Source of the DNA: Auanema rhodensis
Lineage: Eukaryota > Animalia > Nematoda
Reading direction: 5' to 3'
Length of the DNA: 64,000 nt
Assembly: GCA_964057225.1 (NCBI GenBank)
Contig: OZ059894.1
Coordinates: 12,338,001 to 12,402,000 of the forward strand
Shown here one piece after another: positions 27,201 to 42,900 of the stretch; position 1 is the first letter of the stretch, and the number at the start of each line of letters is the position of its first letter. Position numbers and translations under genes: made by a program. Under the pieces are notes generated by a model. It saw only the letters and a list, made by a program, of their open reading frames with translations. It did not search any database and was not told the DNA's origin.

Positions 27201-30200
27201 GGTTAAACATGATAAGTCATCAATTAACGAAACGTTTGTATATATGAATGAACTTAACTATTATTTCACCAATAAGCCAATGCAACTATCTTTTCTCATG
27301 TGAGACAAATTGAAGCCTAATTTGATGAGTACTTTAGAACAGTTGCAGTGACTCACACATGAAAACACATGCCAAACAGTTTTTTCTATCTTACAGTATA
27401 ACAAGTAACTGAACAACATATGCTCGTCGAGGTTAAACAAGATTGATTATCATTCAACGAAACGTTTGTATATATGAATGAACTTAACTATTATTTCACC
27501 AATAAGCCAATACAACAACTTTTTTTAATGTGAGACAAATTGAAGCCTAAGTTGATGAGAACGTTGGAACAGTTGCAGTGGCTCACACATGAAAACACAT
27601 GCCAAACCGTTTTTCCTATCTCACAGTATAACAAGTAACTGAACAACATAAGCACGGCGAGGTTAAACGAGATTGATCATCATTAAACGAAACGTTTGTA
27701 TATATGAATGAACTTAACTATTATTTCACCAATATGCCAATACAGCAACTTTTTTTAATGTGAGACAAATTGCAGCATAATTTGATGAGAACTTTAGAAC
27801 AGTTGCAGTGACTCACACTTGAAAACACATGTCAAACCGTTTTTTTTATCTCACAGTACAACAAGTAACTGAACAACATAAGCACGTCAAGGTTAAACAA
27901 AATTGATCATAGTTTAACGAAACGTTTAAATATATGAATAAACTTAACTATTATTTCACCAATATGCCAATAGAACAATTTGTTTTAATGTGAGACAGAT
28001 TGCAGCATACTTTGATGAAAACTTTAGAACAGTTGCAGTGACTCACACATGGAAACACATGCCAAACCGTTTTTTCTATCTCACAGTACAACAAAAACTG
28101 AGCAACATATGAACATTGTGGTTGAATTTGATGAGTCATCAATTAACGAAACGTTCGTATATATGAATAAACTTAACTATTATTTCACCAATATGCCAAT
28201 ACAACAACATTTCTTTTAATGTAAGACAAATTGAAGCCTAATTTGATGAAAACTTTGAAACAGTTGCAGTGACTCACACATGAAAACATATGCCAAACCG
28301 TTTTTTCTATCTCATAGTATAACAAGTAACTGAACAACATAAGCACGTCAAGGTTAAACAAAATTGATCATAGTTTAACGAAACGTTTAAATATATGAAT
28401 GAACTTAACTATTATCTCACCAATATGCCAATAGAACAATTTGTTTTAATGTGAGACAGATTGCAGCATACTTTGATGAGAACTTTAGAACAGTTGCAGT
28501 GACTCACACATGGAAACACATGCCAAACCGTTTTTTCTATCTCACAGTACAACAAAAAATGAGCAACATATGAACATTGTGGTTGAATTTGATGAGTCAT
28601 CAATTAACGAAACGTTCGTATATATGAATAAACTTAACTATTATTTCACCAATATGCCAATACAACAACATTTCTTTTAATGTAAGACAAATTGAAGCCT
28701 AATTTGATGAAAACTTTGAAACAGTTGCAGTGACTCACACATGAAAACACATGCCAAACCGTTTTTTCTATCTCACAGTATAACAAGTAACTGAACAACA
28801 TAAGCTCGTCGAGGTTAAACAAGATTGATCATTTTTTAACGAAACGTTTAAATATATGAATGAACTTAACAATTATTTTACCAATATGCCAATGCAACAA
28901 CTTTTTTTAATGTGAGACAAATTGCAGCCAAATTTGATGAGAACTTTAGAACAGTTGCAGTGACTCACACTTGAAAACACATGCCAAACCGTTTTTTTTT
29001 CTCACAGTACAACAAAAAACTGAGCAACATATGAACATTGTGGTTGAACATGATGAGTCATCATTTACCGAAACGTTCGTATATATTATATGAATCAACT
29101 TAACAAATATTTCACCAATATGCCAATACAACAACATTTTTTTTAATGTGAGACAAATTGAAGCCTAATTTGATGAAAACTTTGAAACAGTTGCAGTGAC
29201 TCACACATGAAAACACATGCCAAACCGTTTTTTCTATCTCATAGTATAACAAGTAACTGAACAACATATGAACATTGTGGTTGAACATGATAAGTCATCA
29301 ATTAACGAAACGTTTGTATATATGAATGAACTTAACTATTATTTTACCAATAAGCCAATGCAACTATCTTTTCTCATGTGAGACAAATTGAAGCCTAATT
29401 TGATGAGAACTTTTGAACAGTTGCAGTGACTTACACATGAAAACACATGCCAAACAGTTTTTTCTATCTCACAGTATAACAAGTAACTGAACAACATAAT
29501 CACGTCGAGGTTAAACAAGATTGATCATCATTCAACGAAACGTTTGTATATATGAATGAACTTAACTATTATCTCACCAATATGCCAATAGAACAACTTT
29601 TTTTAATGTGAGACAGATTGCAGCATGATTTGATGAGAACTTTAGAACAGTTGCAGTGACTCACACTTGAAAACACATGCCAAACCGTTTTTTTTATCTC
29701 ACAGTACAACAAAAAACTGAACAACATATGAACATTGTGGTTGAACATGATAAGTCATCAATTAACGAAACGTTCGTATATATGAATAAACTTAACTATT
29801 ATTTCACCAATAAGCCAATGCAACTATCTTTTCTCATGTGAGACAAATTGAAGCCTAATTTGATGAGAACTTTTGAACAGTTGCAGTGACTTACACATGA
29901 AAACACATGCCAAACAGTTTTTTCTATCTCGCAGTATAACAAGTAACTGAACAACATATGCTTGTCGAGGTTAAACAAGATTGATTATCATTCAACGAAA
30001 CGTTTGTATATATGAATGAACTTAACTATTATTTCACCAATATGCCAATACAACAACTTTTTTTAATGTGAGACAAATTGAAGCCTAATTTGATGAGAAC
30101 TTTAGAACAGTTGCAGTGACTTACACATGAAAACACATGCCAAACCGTTTTTCCTATCTCACAGTATAACAAGTAACTGAACAACATAAGCACGGCGAGG

Positions 30201-30234
30201 TTAAACATGATAAGTCATCAATTAACGAAACGTT
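24225..30234 (+). repeat. Tandem 13-monomer higher-order repeat, two copies (2998 bp)
   Basis: Three ORF pairs are offset by 2998; GAGTACTTT at ~24331/27329 and TGCTTGTCGAGG at 26961/29959. Confidence 0.92.
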
Positions 30235-33200
30235 CGTATATATGAATGAACTTAACTATTATTTCACCAATAAGCCAATGCAACTATCTTTTCTCATGTG
30301 AGACAAATTGAAGCCTAATTTGATGAGAACTTTAGAACAGTTGCAGTGACTTACACATGAAAACACATGCCAAACAGTTTTTTCTATCTCACAGTACAAC
30401 AAAAAACTGAACAACATATGCTCGTCGAGGTTAAACAAGATTGATTATCATTCAACGAAACGTTTGTATATATGAATGAACTCAACTATTATTTCACCAA
30501 TAAGCCAATGCAACTATCTTTTCTCATGTGAGACAAATTGAAGCCTGATTTGATGAGAACTTTAGAACAGTTGCAGTGACTCACACTTGAAAACACATGC
30601 CAAACCGTTTTTTTATCTCACAGTACAACAAAAATCTGAACAACATATGAACATTGTGGTTGAACATGATAAGTCATCAATTAACGAAACGTTCGTATGA
30701 ATGAATGAACTTAACTATTATTTCACCAATAAGCCAATGCAACTATCTTTTCTCATGTGAGACAAATTGAAGCCTAATTTGATGAGAACTTTAGAACAGT
30801 TGCAGTGACTTACACATGAAAACACATGCCAAACAGTTTTTTCTATCTCGCAGTATAACAAGTAACTGAACAACATATGCTCGTCGAGGTTAAACAAGAT
30901 TGATTATCATTCAACGAAACGTTTGTATATATGAATGAACTTAACTATTATTTCACCAATATGCCAATACAACAACTTTTTTTAATGTGAGACAAATTGA
31001 AGCCTAATTTGATGAGAACTTTAGAACAGTTGCAGTGACTTACACATGAAAACACATGCCAAACCGTTTTTCCTATCTCACAGTATAACAAGTAACTGAA
31101 CAACATAAGCACGGCGAGGTTAAACGAGATTGATCATCATTAAACGAAACGTTTGTATATATGAATGAACTTAACTATTATTACACCAATATGCCAATAC
31201 AACTATCTTTTCTCATGTGAGACAAATTGAAGCCTAATTTGATGAGAACTTTAAAACAGTTGCAGTGACTCACACTTGAAAACACATGCCAAACCGTTTT
31301 TTTATCTCACAGTACAACAAAAATCTGAACAACATATGAACATTGTGGTTGAACATGATAAGTCATCAATTAACGAAACGTTCGTATGAATGAATGAACT
31401 TAACTATTATTTCACCAATAAGCCAATGCAACTATCTTTTCTCATGTGATACAAATTGAAGCCTAATTTGATGAGAACTTTAGAACAGTTGCAGTGACTT
31501 ACACATGAAAACACATGCCAAACCGTTTTTCCTATCTCACAGTATAACAAGTAACTGAACAACATAAGCACGGCGAGGTTAAACGAGATTGATCATCATT
31601 AAACGAAACGTTTGTATATATGAATGAACTTAACTATTATTACACCAATATGCCAATACAACAACTTTTTTTAATGTGAGACAAATTGCAGCATAATTTG
31701 ATGAGAACTTTAGAACAGTTGCAGTGACTCACACTTGAAAACACATGTCAAACCGTTTTTTTTATCTCACAGTACAACAAAAACTGAGCAACATATGAAC
31801 ATTGTGGTTGAACATGATGAGTCATCATTTACCGAAACGTTCGTATATATTATATGAATCAACTATTATTTCACCAATAAGCCAATGCAACTATCTTTTC
31901 TCATGTGAGACAAATTGAAGCCTAATTTGATGAGAACTTTTGAACAGTTGCAGTGACTCACACTTGAAAACACATGCCAAATCGTTTTTTTTTCTCACAG
32001 TACAACAAAAAACTGAGCAACATATGAACATTGTGGTTGAACATGATGAGTCATCATTTACCGAAACGTTCGTATATATTATATGAATCAACTTAACAAA
32101 TATTTCACCAATATGCCAATACAACAACATTTTTTTTAATGTGAGACAAATTGAAGCCTAATTTGATGAAAACTTTGAAACAGTTGCAGTGACTCACACA
32201 TGAAAACACATGCCAAACCGTTTTTTCTATCTCATAGTATAACAAGTAACTGAACAACATATGAACATTGTGGTTGAACATGATAAGTCATCAATTAACG
32301 AAACGTTTGTATATATGAATGAACTTAACTATTATTTTACCAATAAGCCAATGCAACTATCTTTTCTCATGTGAGACAAATTGAAGCCTAATTTGATGAG
32401 AACTTTTGAACAGTTGCAGTGACTTACACATGAAAACACATGCCAAACAGTTTTTTCTATCTCACAGTATAACAAGTAACTGAACAACATAATCACGTCG
32501 AGGTTAAACAAGATTGATCATCATTCAACGAAACGTTTGTATATATGAATGAACTTAACTATTATCTCACCAATATGCCAATAGAACAACTTTTTTTAAT
32601 GTGAGACAGATTGCAGCATGATTTGATGAGAACTTTAGAACAGTTGCAGTGACTCACACTTGAAAACACATGCCAAACCGTTTTTTTTATCTCACAGTAC
32701 AACAAAAAACTGAACAACATATGAACATTGTGGTTGAACATGATAAGTCATCAATTAACGAAACGTTCGTATATATGAATAAACTTAACTATTATTTCAC
32801 CAATAAGCCAATGCAACTATCTTTTCTCATGTGAGACAAATTGAAGCCTAATTTGATGAGAACTTTTGAACAGTTGCAGTGACTTACACATGAAAACACA
32901 TGCCAAACAGTTTTTTCTATCTCGCAGTATAACAAGTAACTGAACAACATATGCTCGTCGAGGTTAAACAAGATTGATTATCATTCAACGAAACGTTTGT
33001 ATATATGAATGAACTTAACTATTATTTCACCAATATGCCAATACAACAACTTTTTTTAATGTGAGACAAATTGAAGCCTAATTTGATGAGAACTTTAGAA
33101 CAGTTGCAGTGACTTACACATGAAAACACATGCCAAACCGTTTTTCCTATCTCACAGTATAACAAGTAACTGAACAACATAAGCACGGCGAGGTTAAACA

Positions 33201-34715
33201 TGATAAGTCATCAATTAACGAAACGTTCGTATATATGAATGAACTTAACTATTATTTCACCAATAAGCCAATGCAACTATCTTTTCTCATGTGAGACAAA
33301 TTGAAGCCTAATTTGATGAGAACTTTAGAACAGTTGCAGTGACTTACACATGAAAACACATGCCAAACAGTTTTTTCTATCTCACAGTACAACAAAAAAC
33401 TGAACAACATATGCTCGTCGAGGTTAAACAAGATTGATTATCATTCAACGAAACGTTTGTATATATGAATGAACTCAACTATTATTTCACCAATAAGCCA
33501 ATGCAACTATCTTTTCTCATGTGAGACAAATTGAAGCCTGATTTGATGAGAACTTTAGAACAGTTGCAGTGACTCACACTTGAAAACACATGCCAAACCG
33601 TTTTTTTATCTCACAGTACAACAAAAATCTGAACAACATATGAACATTGTGGTTGAACATGATAAGTCATCAATTAACGAAACGTTCGTATGAATGAATG
33701 AACTTAACTATTATTTCACCAATAAGCCAATGCAACTATCTTTTCTCATGTGAGACAAATTGAAGCCTAATTTGATGAGAACTTTAGAACAGTTGCAGTG
33801 ACTTACACATGAAAACACATGCCAAACAGTTTTTTCTATCTCGCAGTATAACAAGTAACTGAACAACATAAGCACGGCGAGGTTAAACGAGATTGATCAT
33901 CATTAAACGAAACGTTTGTATATATGAATGAACTTAACTATTATTACACCAATATGCCAATACAACTATCTTTTCTCATGTGAGACAAATTGAAGCCTAA
34001 TTTGATGAGAACTTTAAAACAGTTGCAGTGACTCACACTTGAAAACACATGCCAAACCGTTTTTTTATCTCACAGTACAACAAAAATCTGAACAACATAT
34101 GAACATTGTGGTTGAACATGATAAGTCATCAATTAACGAAACGTTCGTATGAATGAATGAACTTAACTATTATTTCACCAATAAGCCAATGCAACTATCT
34201 TTTCTCATGTGAGACAAATTGAAGCCTAATTTGATGAGAACTTTAGAACAGTTGCAGTGACTTACACATGAAAACACATGCCAAACCGTTTTTCCTATCT
34301 CACAGTATAACAAGTAACTGAACAACATAAGCACGGCGAGGTTAAACGAGATTGATCATCATTAAACGAAACGTTTGTATATATGAATGAACTTAACTAT
34401 TATTACACCAATATGCCAATACAACAACTTTTTTTAATGTGAGACAAATTGCAGCATAATTTGATGAGAACTTTAGAACAGTTGCAGTGACTCACACTTG
34501 AAAACACATGTCAAACCGTTTTTTTTATCTCACAGTACAACAAAAACTGAGCAACATATGAACATTGTGGTTGAACATGATGAGTCATCATTTACCGAAA
34601 CGTTCGTATTTATTATATGAATCAACTATTATTTCACCAATAAGCCAATGCAACTATCTTTTCTCATGTGAGACAAATTGAAGCCTAATTTGATGAGAAC
34701 TTTTGAACAGTTGCA
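28990..34715 (+). repeat. 13-monomer duplication (2993 bp) whose second copy lacks one monomer (offset drops to 2763)
   Basis: AAGCCTGATT at 30541/33534 and AAAATCTG at 30631/33624 give 2993. After ~33870, TTACACCAAT at 31181/33944 gives 2763. Confidence 0.8.
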
Positions 34716-36915
34716 GTGACTTACACATGAAAACCCATGCCAAACAGTTTTTTCTATCTCACAGTATAACAAGTAACTGAACAACATATGCTCGTCGAGG
34801 TTAAACAAGATTGATCATCATTCAACGAAACGTTTGTATATATGAATGAACTTAACTATTATCTCACCAATATGCCAATAGAACAACTTTTTTTAATGTG
34901 AGACAGATTACAGCATGATTTGATGAGAACTTTAGAACAGTTGCAGTGACTCACACTTGAAAACACATGCCAAACCGTTTTTTTATCTCACAGTACAACA
35001 AAAAACTGAACAACATATGAACATTGTGGTTGAACATGATAAGTCATCAATTAACGAAACGTTCGTATATATGAATAAACTTAACTATTATTTCACCAAT
35101 ATGCCAATACAACAACTTTTTTTAATGTGAGACAAATTGAAGCCTAATTTGATGAGAACTTTAGAACAGTTGCAGTGACTTACACATGAAAACACATGCC
35201 AAACCGTTTTTCCTATCTCACAGTATAACAAGTAACTGAACAACATAAGCACGGCGAGGTTAAACATGATAAGTCATCAATTAACGAAACGTTCGTATAT
35301 ATGAATGAACTTAACTATTATTTCACCAATAAGCCAATGCAACTATCTTTTCTCATGTGAGACAAATTGAAGCCTAATTTGATGAGAACTTTAGAACAGT
35401 TGCAGTGACTTACACATGAAAACACATGCCAAACAGTTTTTTTATCTCACAGTATAACAAGTAACTGAACAACATATGCTCGTCGAGGTTAAACAAGATT
35501 GATTATCATTCAACGAAACGTTTGTATATATGAATGAACTTAACTATTATTTCACCAATATGCCAATACAACAACTTTTTTTAATGTGAGACAAATTGAA
35601 GCCTAATTTGATGAGAACTTTAGAACAGTTGCAGTGACTTACACATGAAAACACATGCCAAACCGTTTTTCCTATCTCACAGTATAACAAGTAACTGAAC
35701 AACATAAGCACGGCAAGGTTAAACGAGATTGATCATCATTAAACGAAACGTTTGTATATATGAATGAACTTAACTATTATTACACCAATATGCCAATACA
35801 ACTATCTTTTCTCATGTGAGACAAATTGAAGCCTAATTTGATGAGAACTTTAAAACAGTTGCAGTGACTCACACTTGAAAACACATGCCAAACCGTTTTT
35901 TTATCTCACAGTACAACAAAAATCTGAACAACATATGAACATTGTGGTTGAACATGATAAGTCATCAATTAACGAAACGTTCGTATGAATGAATGAACTT
36001 AACTATTATTTCACCAATAAGCCAATGCAACTATCTTTTCTCATGTGAGACAAATTGAAGCCTAATTTGATGAGAACTTTAGAACAGTTGCAGTGACTTA
36101 CACATGAAAACACATGCCAAACCGTTTTTCCTATCTCACAGTATAACAAGTAACTGAACAACATAAGCACGGCGAGGTTAAACGAGATTGATCATCATTA
36201 AACGAAACGTTTGTATATATGAATGAACTTAACTATTATTACACCAATATGCCAATACAACAACTTTTTTTAATGTGAGACAAATTGCAGCATAATTTGA
36301 TGAGAACTTTAGAACAGTTGCAGTGACTCACACTTGAAAACACATGTCAAACCGTTTTTTTTATCTCACAGTACAACAAAAACTGAGCAACATATGAACA
36401 TTGTGGTTGAACATGATGAGTCATCATTTACCGAAACGTTCGTATATATTATATGAATCAACTATTATTTCACCAATAAGCCAATGCAACTATCTTTTCT
36501 CATGTGAGACAAATTGAAGCCTAATTTGATGAGAACTTTTGAACAGTTGCAGTGACTTACACATGAAAACCCATGCCAAACAGTTTTTTCTATCTCACAG
36601 TATAACAAGTAACTGAACAACATATGCTCGTCGAGGTTAAACAAGATTGATCATCATTCAACGAAACGTTTGTATATATGAATGAACTTAACTATTATCT
36701 CACCAATATGCCAATAGAACAACTTTTTTTAATGTGAGACAGATTACAGCATGATTTGATGAGAACTTTAGAACAGTTGCAGTGACTCACACTTGAAAAC
36801 ACATGCCAAACCGTTTTTTTATCTCACAGTACAACAAAAAACTGAACAACATATGAACATTGTGGTTGAACATGATAAGTCATCAATTAACGAAACGTTC
36901 GTATATATGAATAAA
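33865..36915 (+). repeat. Partial duplication with 8-monomer offset (1836 bp)
   Basis: TACACCAATATGCCAATACAACTATC at 33945/35781 and AGATTACAGC at 34905/36741. Confidence 0.78.
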
Positions 36916-39900
36916 CTGAACTATTATTTCATCAATAAGCCAATGCAACTATCTTTTCTCATGTGAGACAAATTGAAGCCTAATTCGATGAGAACTTTTG
37001 AACAGTTGCAGTGACTTACACATGAAAACCCATGCCAAACAGTTTTTTCTAACTCACAGTATAACAAGTAACTGAACAACATATGCTCGTCGAGGTTAAA
37101 CAAGATTGATTATCATTCAACGAAACATTTGTATATATGAATGAACTCAACTATTATTTCACCAATAAGCCAATGCAACTATCTTTTCTCATGTGAGACA
37201 AATTGAAGCCTAATTTGATGAGAACTTTAGAACAGTTGCAGTGACTTACACATGAAAACACATGCCAAACAGTTTTTTCTATCTCACAGTACAACAAAAA
37301 ACTGAACAACATATGAACATTGTGGTTGAACATGATAAGTCATCAATTAACGAAACGTTCGTATATATGAATGAACTTAACTATTATTTCACCAATAAGC
37401 CAATGCAACTATCTTTTCTCATGTGAGACAAATTGAAGCCTAATTTGATGAGAACTTTAGAACAGTTGCAGTGACTTACACATGAAAACCCATGCCAAAC
37501 AGTTTTTTCTATCTCACAGTATAACAAGTAACTGAACAACATATGCTCGTCGAGGTTAAACAAGATTGATTATCATTCAACGAAACGTTTGTATATATGA
37601 ATGAACTCAACTATTATTTCACCAATAAGCCAATGCAACTATCTTCTCTCATGTGAGACAAATTGAAGCCTAATTTGATGAGAACTTTAGAACAGTTGCA
37701 GTGACTTACACATGAAAACACATGCCAAACAGTTTTTTTATCTCACAGTACAACAAAAAACTGAACAACATATGAACATTGTGGTTGAACATGATAAGTC
37801 ATCAATTAACGAAATGTTCGTATATATGAATGAACTTAACTATTATTTCACCAATAAGCCAATGCAACTATCTTTTCTCATGTGAGACAAATTGAAGCCT
37901 AATTTGATGAGAACTTTTGAACAGTTGCAGTGACTTACACATGAAAACCCATGCCAAACAGTTTTTTCTATCTCACAGTATAACAAGTAACTGAACAACA
38001 TATGCTCGTCGAGGTTAAACAAAATTGATTATCATTCAACGAAACGTTCGTATATATTATATGAATCAACTATTATTTCACCAATAAGCCAATGCAACTA
38101 TCTTTTCTCATGTGAGACAAATTGAAGCCTAATTTGATGAGAACTTTAGAACAGTTGCAGTGACTTACACATGAAAACCCATGCCAAACAGTTTTTTCTA
38201 TCTCACAGTATAACAAGTAACTGAACAACATATGCTCGTCGAGGTTAAACAAGATTGATTATCATTCAACGAAACGTTTGTATATATGAATGAACTCAAC
38301 TATTATTTCACCAATAAGCCAATGCAACTATCTTTTCTCATGTGAGACAAATTGAAGCCTAATTTGATGAGAACTTTAGAACAGTTGCAGTGACTCACAC
38401 ATGAAAACACATGCCAAACCGTTTTTCCTATCTCACAGTATAACAAGTAACTGAACAACATAAGCACGGCGAGGTTAAACGAGATTGATCATCATTAAAC
38501 GAAACGTTTGTATATATGAATGAACTTAACTATTATTTCACCAATATGCCAATACAACAACTTTTTTTAATGTGAGACAACTTGCAGCATAATTTGATGA
38601 AAACTTTAGAACAGTTGCAGTGACTCACACTTGAAAACACATGTCAAACCGTTTTTTTTATCTCACAGTACAACAAAAACTGAGCAACATATGAACATTG
38701 TGGTTGAACATGATGAGTCATCATTTACCGAAACGTTCGTATATATTATATGAATCAACTTAACAAATATTTCACCAATATGCCAATACAACAACTTTTT
38801 TTAATGTGAGACAAATTGAAGCCTAATTTGATGAAAACTTTGAAACAGTTGCAGTGACTTACACATGAAAACACATGCCAAACAGTTTTTTCTATCTCAC
38901 AGTATAACAAGTAACTGAACAACATATGCTCGTCGAGGTTAAACAAGATCGATTATCATTCAATGAAACGTTTGTATATATGAATGAACTTAACTATTAT
39001 TTCACCAATAAGCCAATACAACAACTTTTTTTAATGTGAGACAAATTGAAGCCTAAGTTGATGAGAACGTTGGAACAGTTGCAGTGACTCACACATGAAA
39101 ACACATGCCAAACCGTTTTTCCTATCTCACAGTATAACAAGTAACTGAACAACATAAGCACGGCGAGGTTAAACGAGATTGATCATCATTAAACGAAACG
39201 TTTGTATATATGAATGAACTTAACTATTATTTCACCAATATGCCAATACAACAACTTTTTTTAATGTGAGACAAATTGAAGCCTAATTTGATGAAAACTT
39301 TGAAACAGTTGCAGTGACTTACACATGAAAACACATGCCAAACAGTTTTTTCTATCTCACAGTATAACAAGTAACTGAACAACATAAGCACGGCGAGGTT
39401 AAACGAGATTGATCATCATTAAACGAAACGTTTGTATATATGAATGAACTTAACTATTATTTCACCAATATGCCAATACAACAACTTTTTTTAATGTGAG
39501 ACAAATTGAAGCCTAATTTGATGAAAACTTTGAAACAGTTGCAGTGACTTACACATGAAAACACATGCCAAACAGTTTTTTCTATCTCACAGTATAACAA
39601 GTAACTGAACAACATAAGCACGGCGAGGTTAAACGAGATTGATCATCATTAAACGAAACGTTTGTATATATGAATGAACTTAACTATTATCTCACCAATA
39701 TGCCAAAAGAACAACTTTTTTTATGTGAGACAGATTGCAGCATAATTTGATGAGAACGTTGGAACAGTTGCAGTGACTCACACATGAAAACACATGCCAA
39801 ACCGTTTTTCCTATCTCACAGTATAACAAGTAACTGAACAACATAAGCACGGCGAGGTTAAACGAGATTGATCATCATTAAACGAAACGTTTGTATATAT

Positions 39901-42900
39901 GAATGAACTTAACTATTATTACACCAATATGCCAATACAACAACTTTTTTTAATGTGAGACAAATTGCAGCATAATTTGATGAGAACTTTAGAACAGTTG
40001 CAGTGACTCACACTTGAAAACACATGTCAAACCGTTTTTTTTATCTCACAGTACAACAAAAACTGAGCAACATATGAACATTGTGGTTGAACATGATGAG
40101 TCATCATTTACCGAAACGTTCGTATATATTATATGAATCAACTATTATTTCACCAATAAGCCAATGCAACTATCTTTTCTCATGTGAGACAAATTGAAGC
40201 CTAATTTGATGAGAACTTTTGAACAGTTGCAGTGACTTACACATGAAAACCCATGCCAAACAGTTTTTTCTATCTCACAGTATAACAAGTAACTGAACAA
40301 CATATGCTCGTCGAGGTTAAACAAGATTGATCATCATTCAACGAAACGTTTGTATATATGAATGAACTTAACTATTATCTCACCAATATGCCAATAGAAC
40401 AACTTTTTTTAATGTGAGACAGATTACAGCATGATTTGATGAGAACTTTAGAACAGTTGCAGTGACTCACACTTGAAAACACATGCCAAACCGTTTTTTT
40501 ATCTCACAGTACAACAAAAAACTGAACAACATATGAACATTGTGGTTGAACATGATAAGTCATCAATTAACGAAACGTTCGTATATATGAATAAACTGAA
40601 CTATTATTTCATCAATAAGCCAATGCAACTATCTTTTCTCATGTGAGACAAATTGAAGCCTAATTCGATGAGAACTTTTGAACAGTTGCAGTGACTTACA
40701 CATGAAAACCCATGCCAAACAGTTTTTTCTAACTCACAGTATAACAAGTAACTGAACAACATATGCTCGTCGAGGTTAAACAAGATTGATTATCATTCAA
40801 CGAAACATTTGTATATATGAATGAACTCAACTATTATTTCACCAATAAGCCAATGCAACTATCTTTTCTCATGTGAGACAAATTGAAGCCTAATTTGATG
40901 AGAACTTTAGAACAGTTGCAGTGACTTACACATGAAAACACATGCCAAACAGTTTTTTCTATCTCACAGTACAACAAAAAACTGAACAACATATGAACAT
41001 TGTGGTTGAACATGATAAGTCATCAATTAACGAAACGTTCGTATATATGAATGAACTTAACTATTATTTCACCAATAAGCCAATGCAACTATCTTTTCTC
41101 ATGTGAGACAAATTGAAGCCTAATTTGATGAGAACTTTAGAACAGTTGCAGTGACTTACACATGAAAACCCATGCCAAACAGTTTTTTCTATCTCACAGT
41201 ATAACAAGTAACTGAACAACATATGCTCGTCGAGGTTAAACAAGATTGATTATCATTCAACGAAACGTTTGTATATATGAATGAACTCAACTATTATTTC
41301 ACCAATAAGCCAATGCAACTATCTTCTCTCATGTGAGACAAATTGAAGCCTAATTTGATGAGAACTTTAGAACAGTTGCAGTGACTTACACATGAAAACA
41401 CATGCCAAACAGTTTTTTTATCTCACAGTACAACAAAAAACTGAACAACATATGAACATTGTGGTTGAACATGATAAGTCATCAATTAACGAAATGTTCG
41501 TATATATGAATGAACTTAACTATTATTTCACCAATAAGCCAATGCAACTATCTTTTTTCATGTGAGACAAATTGAAGCCTAATTTGATGAGAACTTTTGA
41601 ACAGTTGCAGTGACTTACACATGAAAACCCATGCCAAACAGTTTTTTCTATCTCACAGTATAACAAGTAACTGAACAACATATGCTCGTCGAGGTTAAAC
41701 AAAATTGATTATCATTCAACGAAACGTTCGTATATATTATATGAATCAACTATTATTTCACCAATAAGCCAATGCAACTATCTTTTCTCATGTGAGACAA
41801 ATTGAAGCCTAATTTGATGAGAACTTTAGAACAGTTGCAGTGACTTACACATGAAAACCCATGCCAAACAGTTTTTTCTATCTCACAGTATAACAAGTAA
41901 CTGAACAACATATGCTCGTCGAGGTTAAACAAGATTGATTATCATTCAACGAAACGTTTGTATATATGAATGAACTCAACTATTATTTCACCAATAAGCC
42001 AATGCAACTATCTTTTCTCATGTGAGACAAATTGAAGCCTAATTTGATGAGAACTTTAGAACAGTTGCAGTGACTCACACATGAAAACACATGCCAAACC
42101 GTTTTTCCTATCTCACAGTATAACAAGTAACTGAACAACATAAGCACGGCGAGGTTAAACGAGATTGATCATCATTAAACGAAACGTTTGTATATATGAA
42201 TGAACTTAACTATTATTTCACCAATATGCCAATACAACAACTTTTTTTAATGTGAGACAACTTGCAGCATAATTTGATGAAAACTTTAGAACAGTTGCAG
42301 TGACTCACACTTGAAAACACATGTCAAACCGTTTTTTTTATCTCACAGTACAACAAAAACTGAGCAACATATGAACATTGTGGTTGAACATGATGAGTCA
42401 TCATTTACCGAAACGTTCGTATATATTATATGAATCAACTTAACAAATATTTCACCAATATGCCAATACAACAACTTTTTTTAATGTGAGACAAATTGAA
42501 GCCTAATTTGATGAAAACTTTGAAACAGTTGCAGTGACTTACACATGAAAACACATGCCAAACAGTTTTTTCTATCTCACAGTATAACAAGTAACTGAAC
42601 AACATATGCTCGTCGAGGTTAAACAAGATCGATTATCATTCAATGAAACGTTTGTATATATGAATGAACTTAACTATTATTTCACCAATAAGCCAATACA
42701 ACAACTTTTTTTAATGTGAGACAAATTGAAGCCTAAGTTGATGAGAACGTTGGAACAGTTGCAGTGACTCACACATGAAAACACATGCCAAACCGTTTTT
42801 CCTATCTCACAGTATAACAAGTAACTGAACAACATAAGCACGGCGAGGTTAAACGAGATTGATCATCATTAAACGAAACGTTTGTATATATGAATGAACT

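Noticed and set aside
8368-42626. Repeated 63-79 aa Cys-rich minus-strand ORFs (MMTHQ..., MLLYW..., MFNLD...)
   Set aside because: Each lies within about one satellite monomer, they occur in different frames, and they open or close with homopolymer-length variants. Cys richness reflects TGT/TGC from the ACA/GCA-rich plus strand. They are useful only as markers of duplication offsets.
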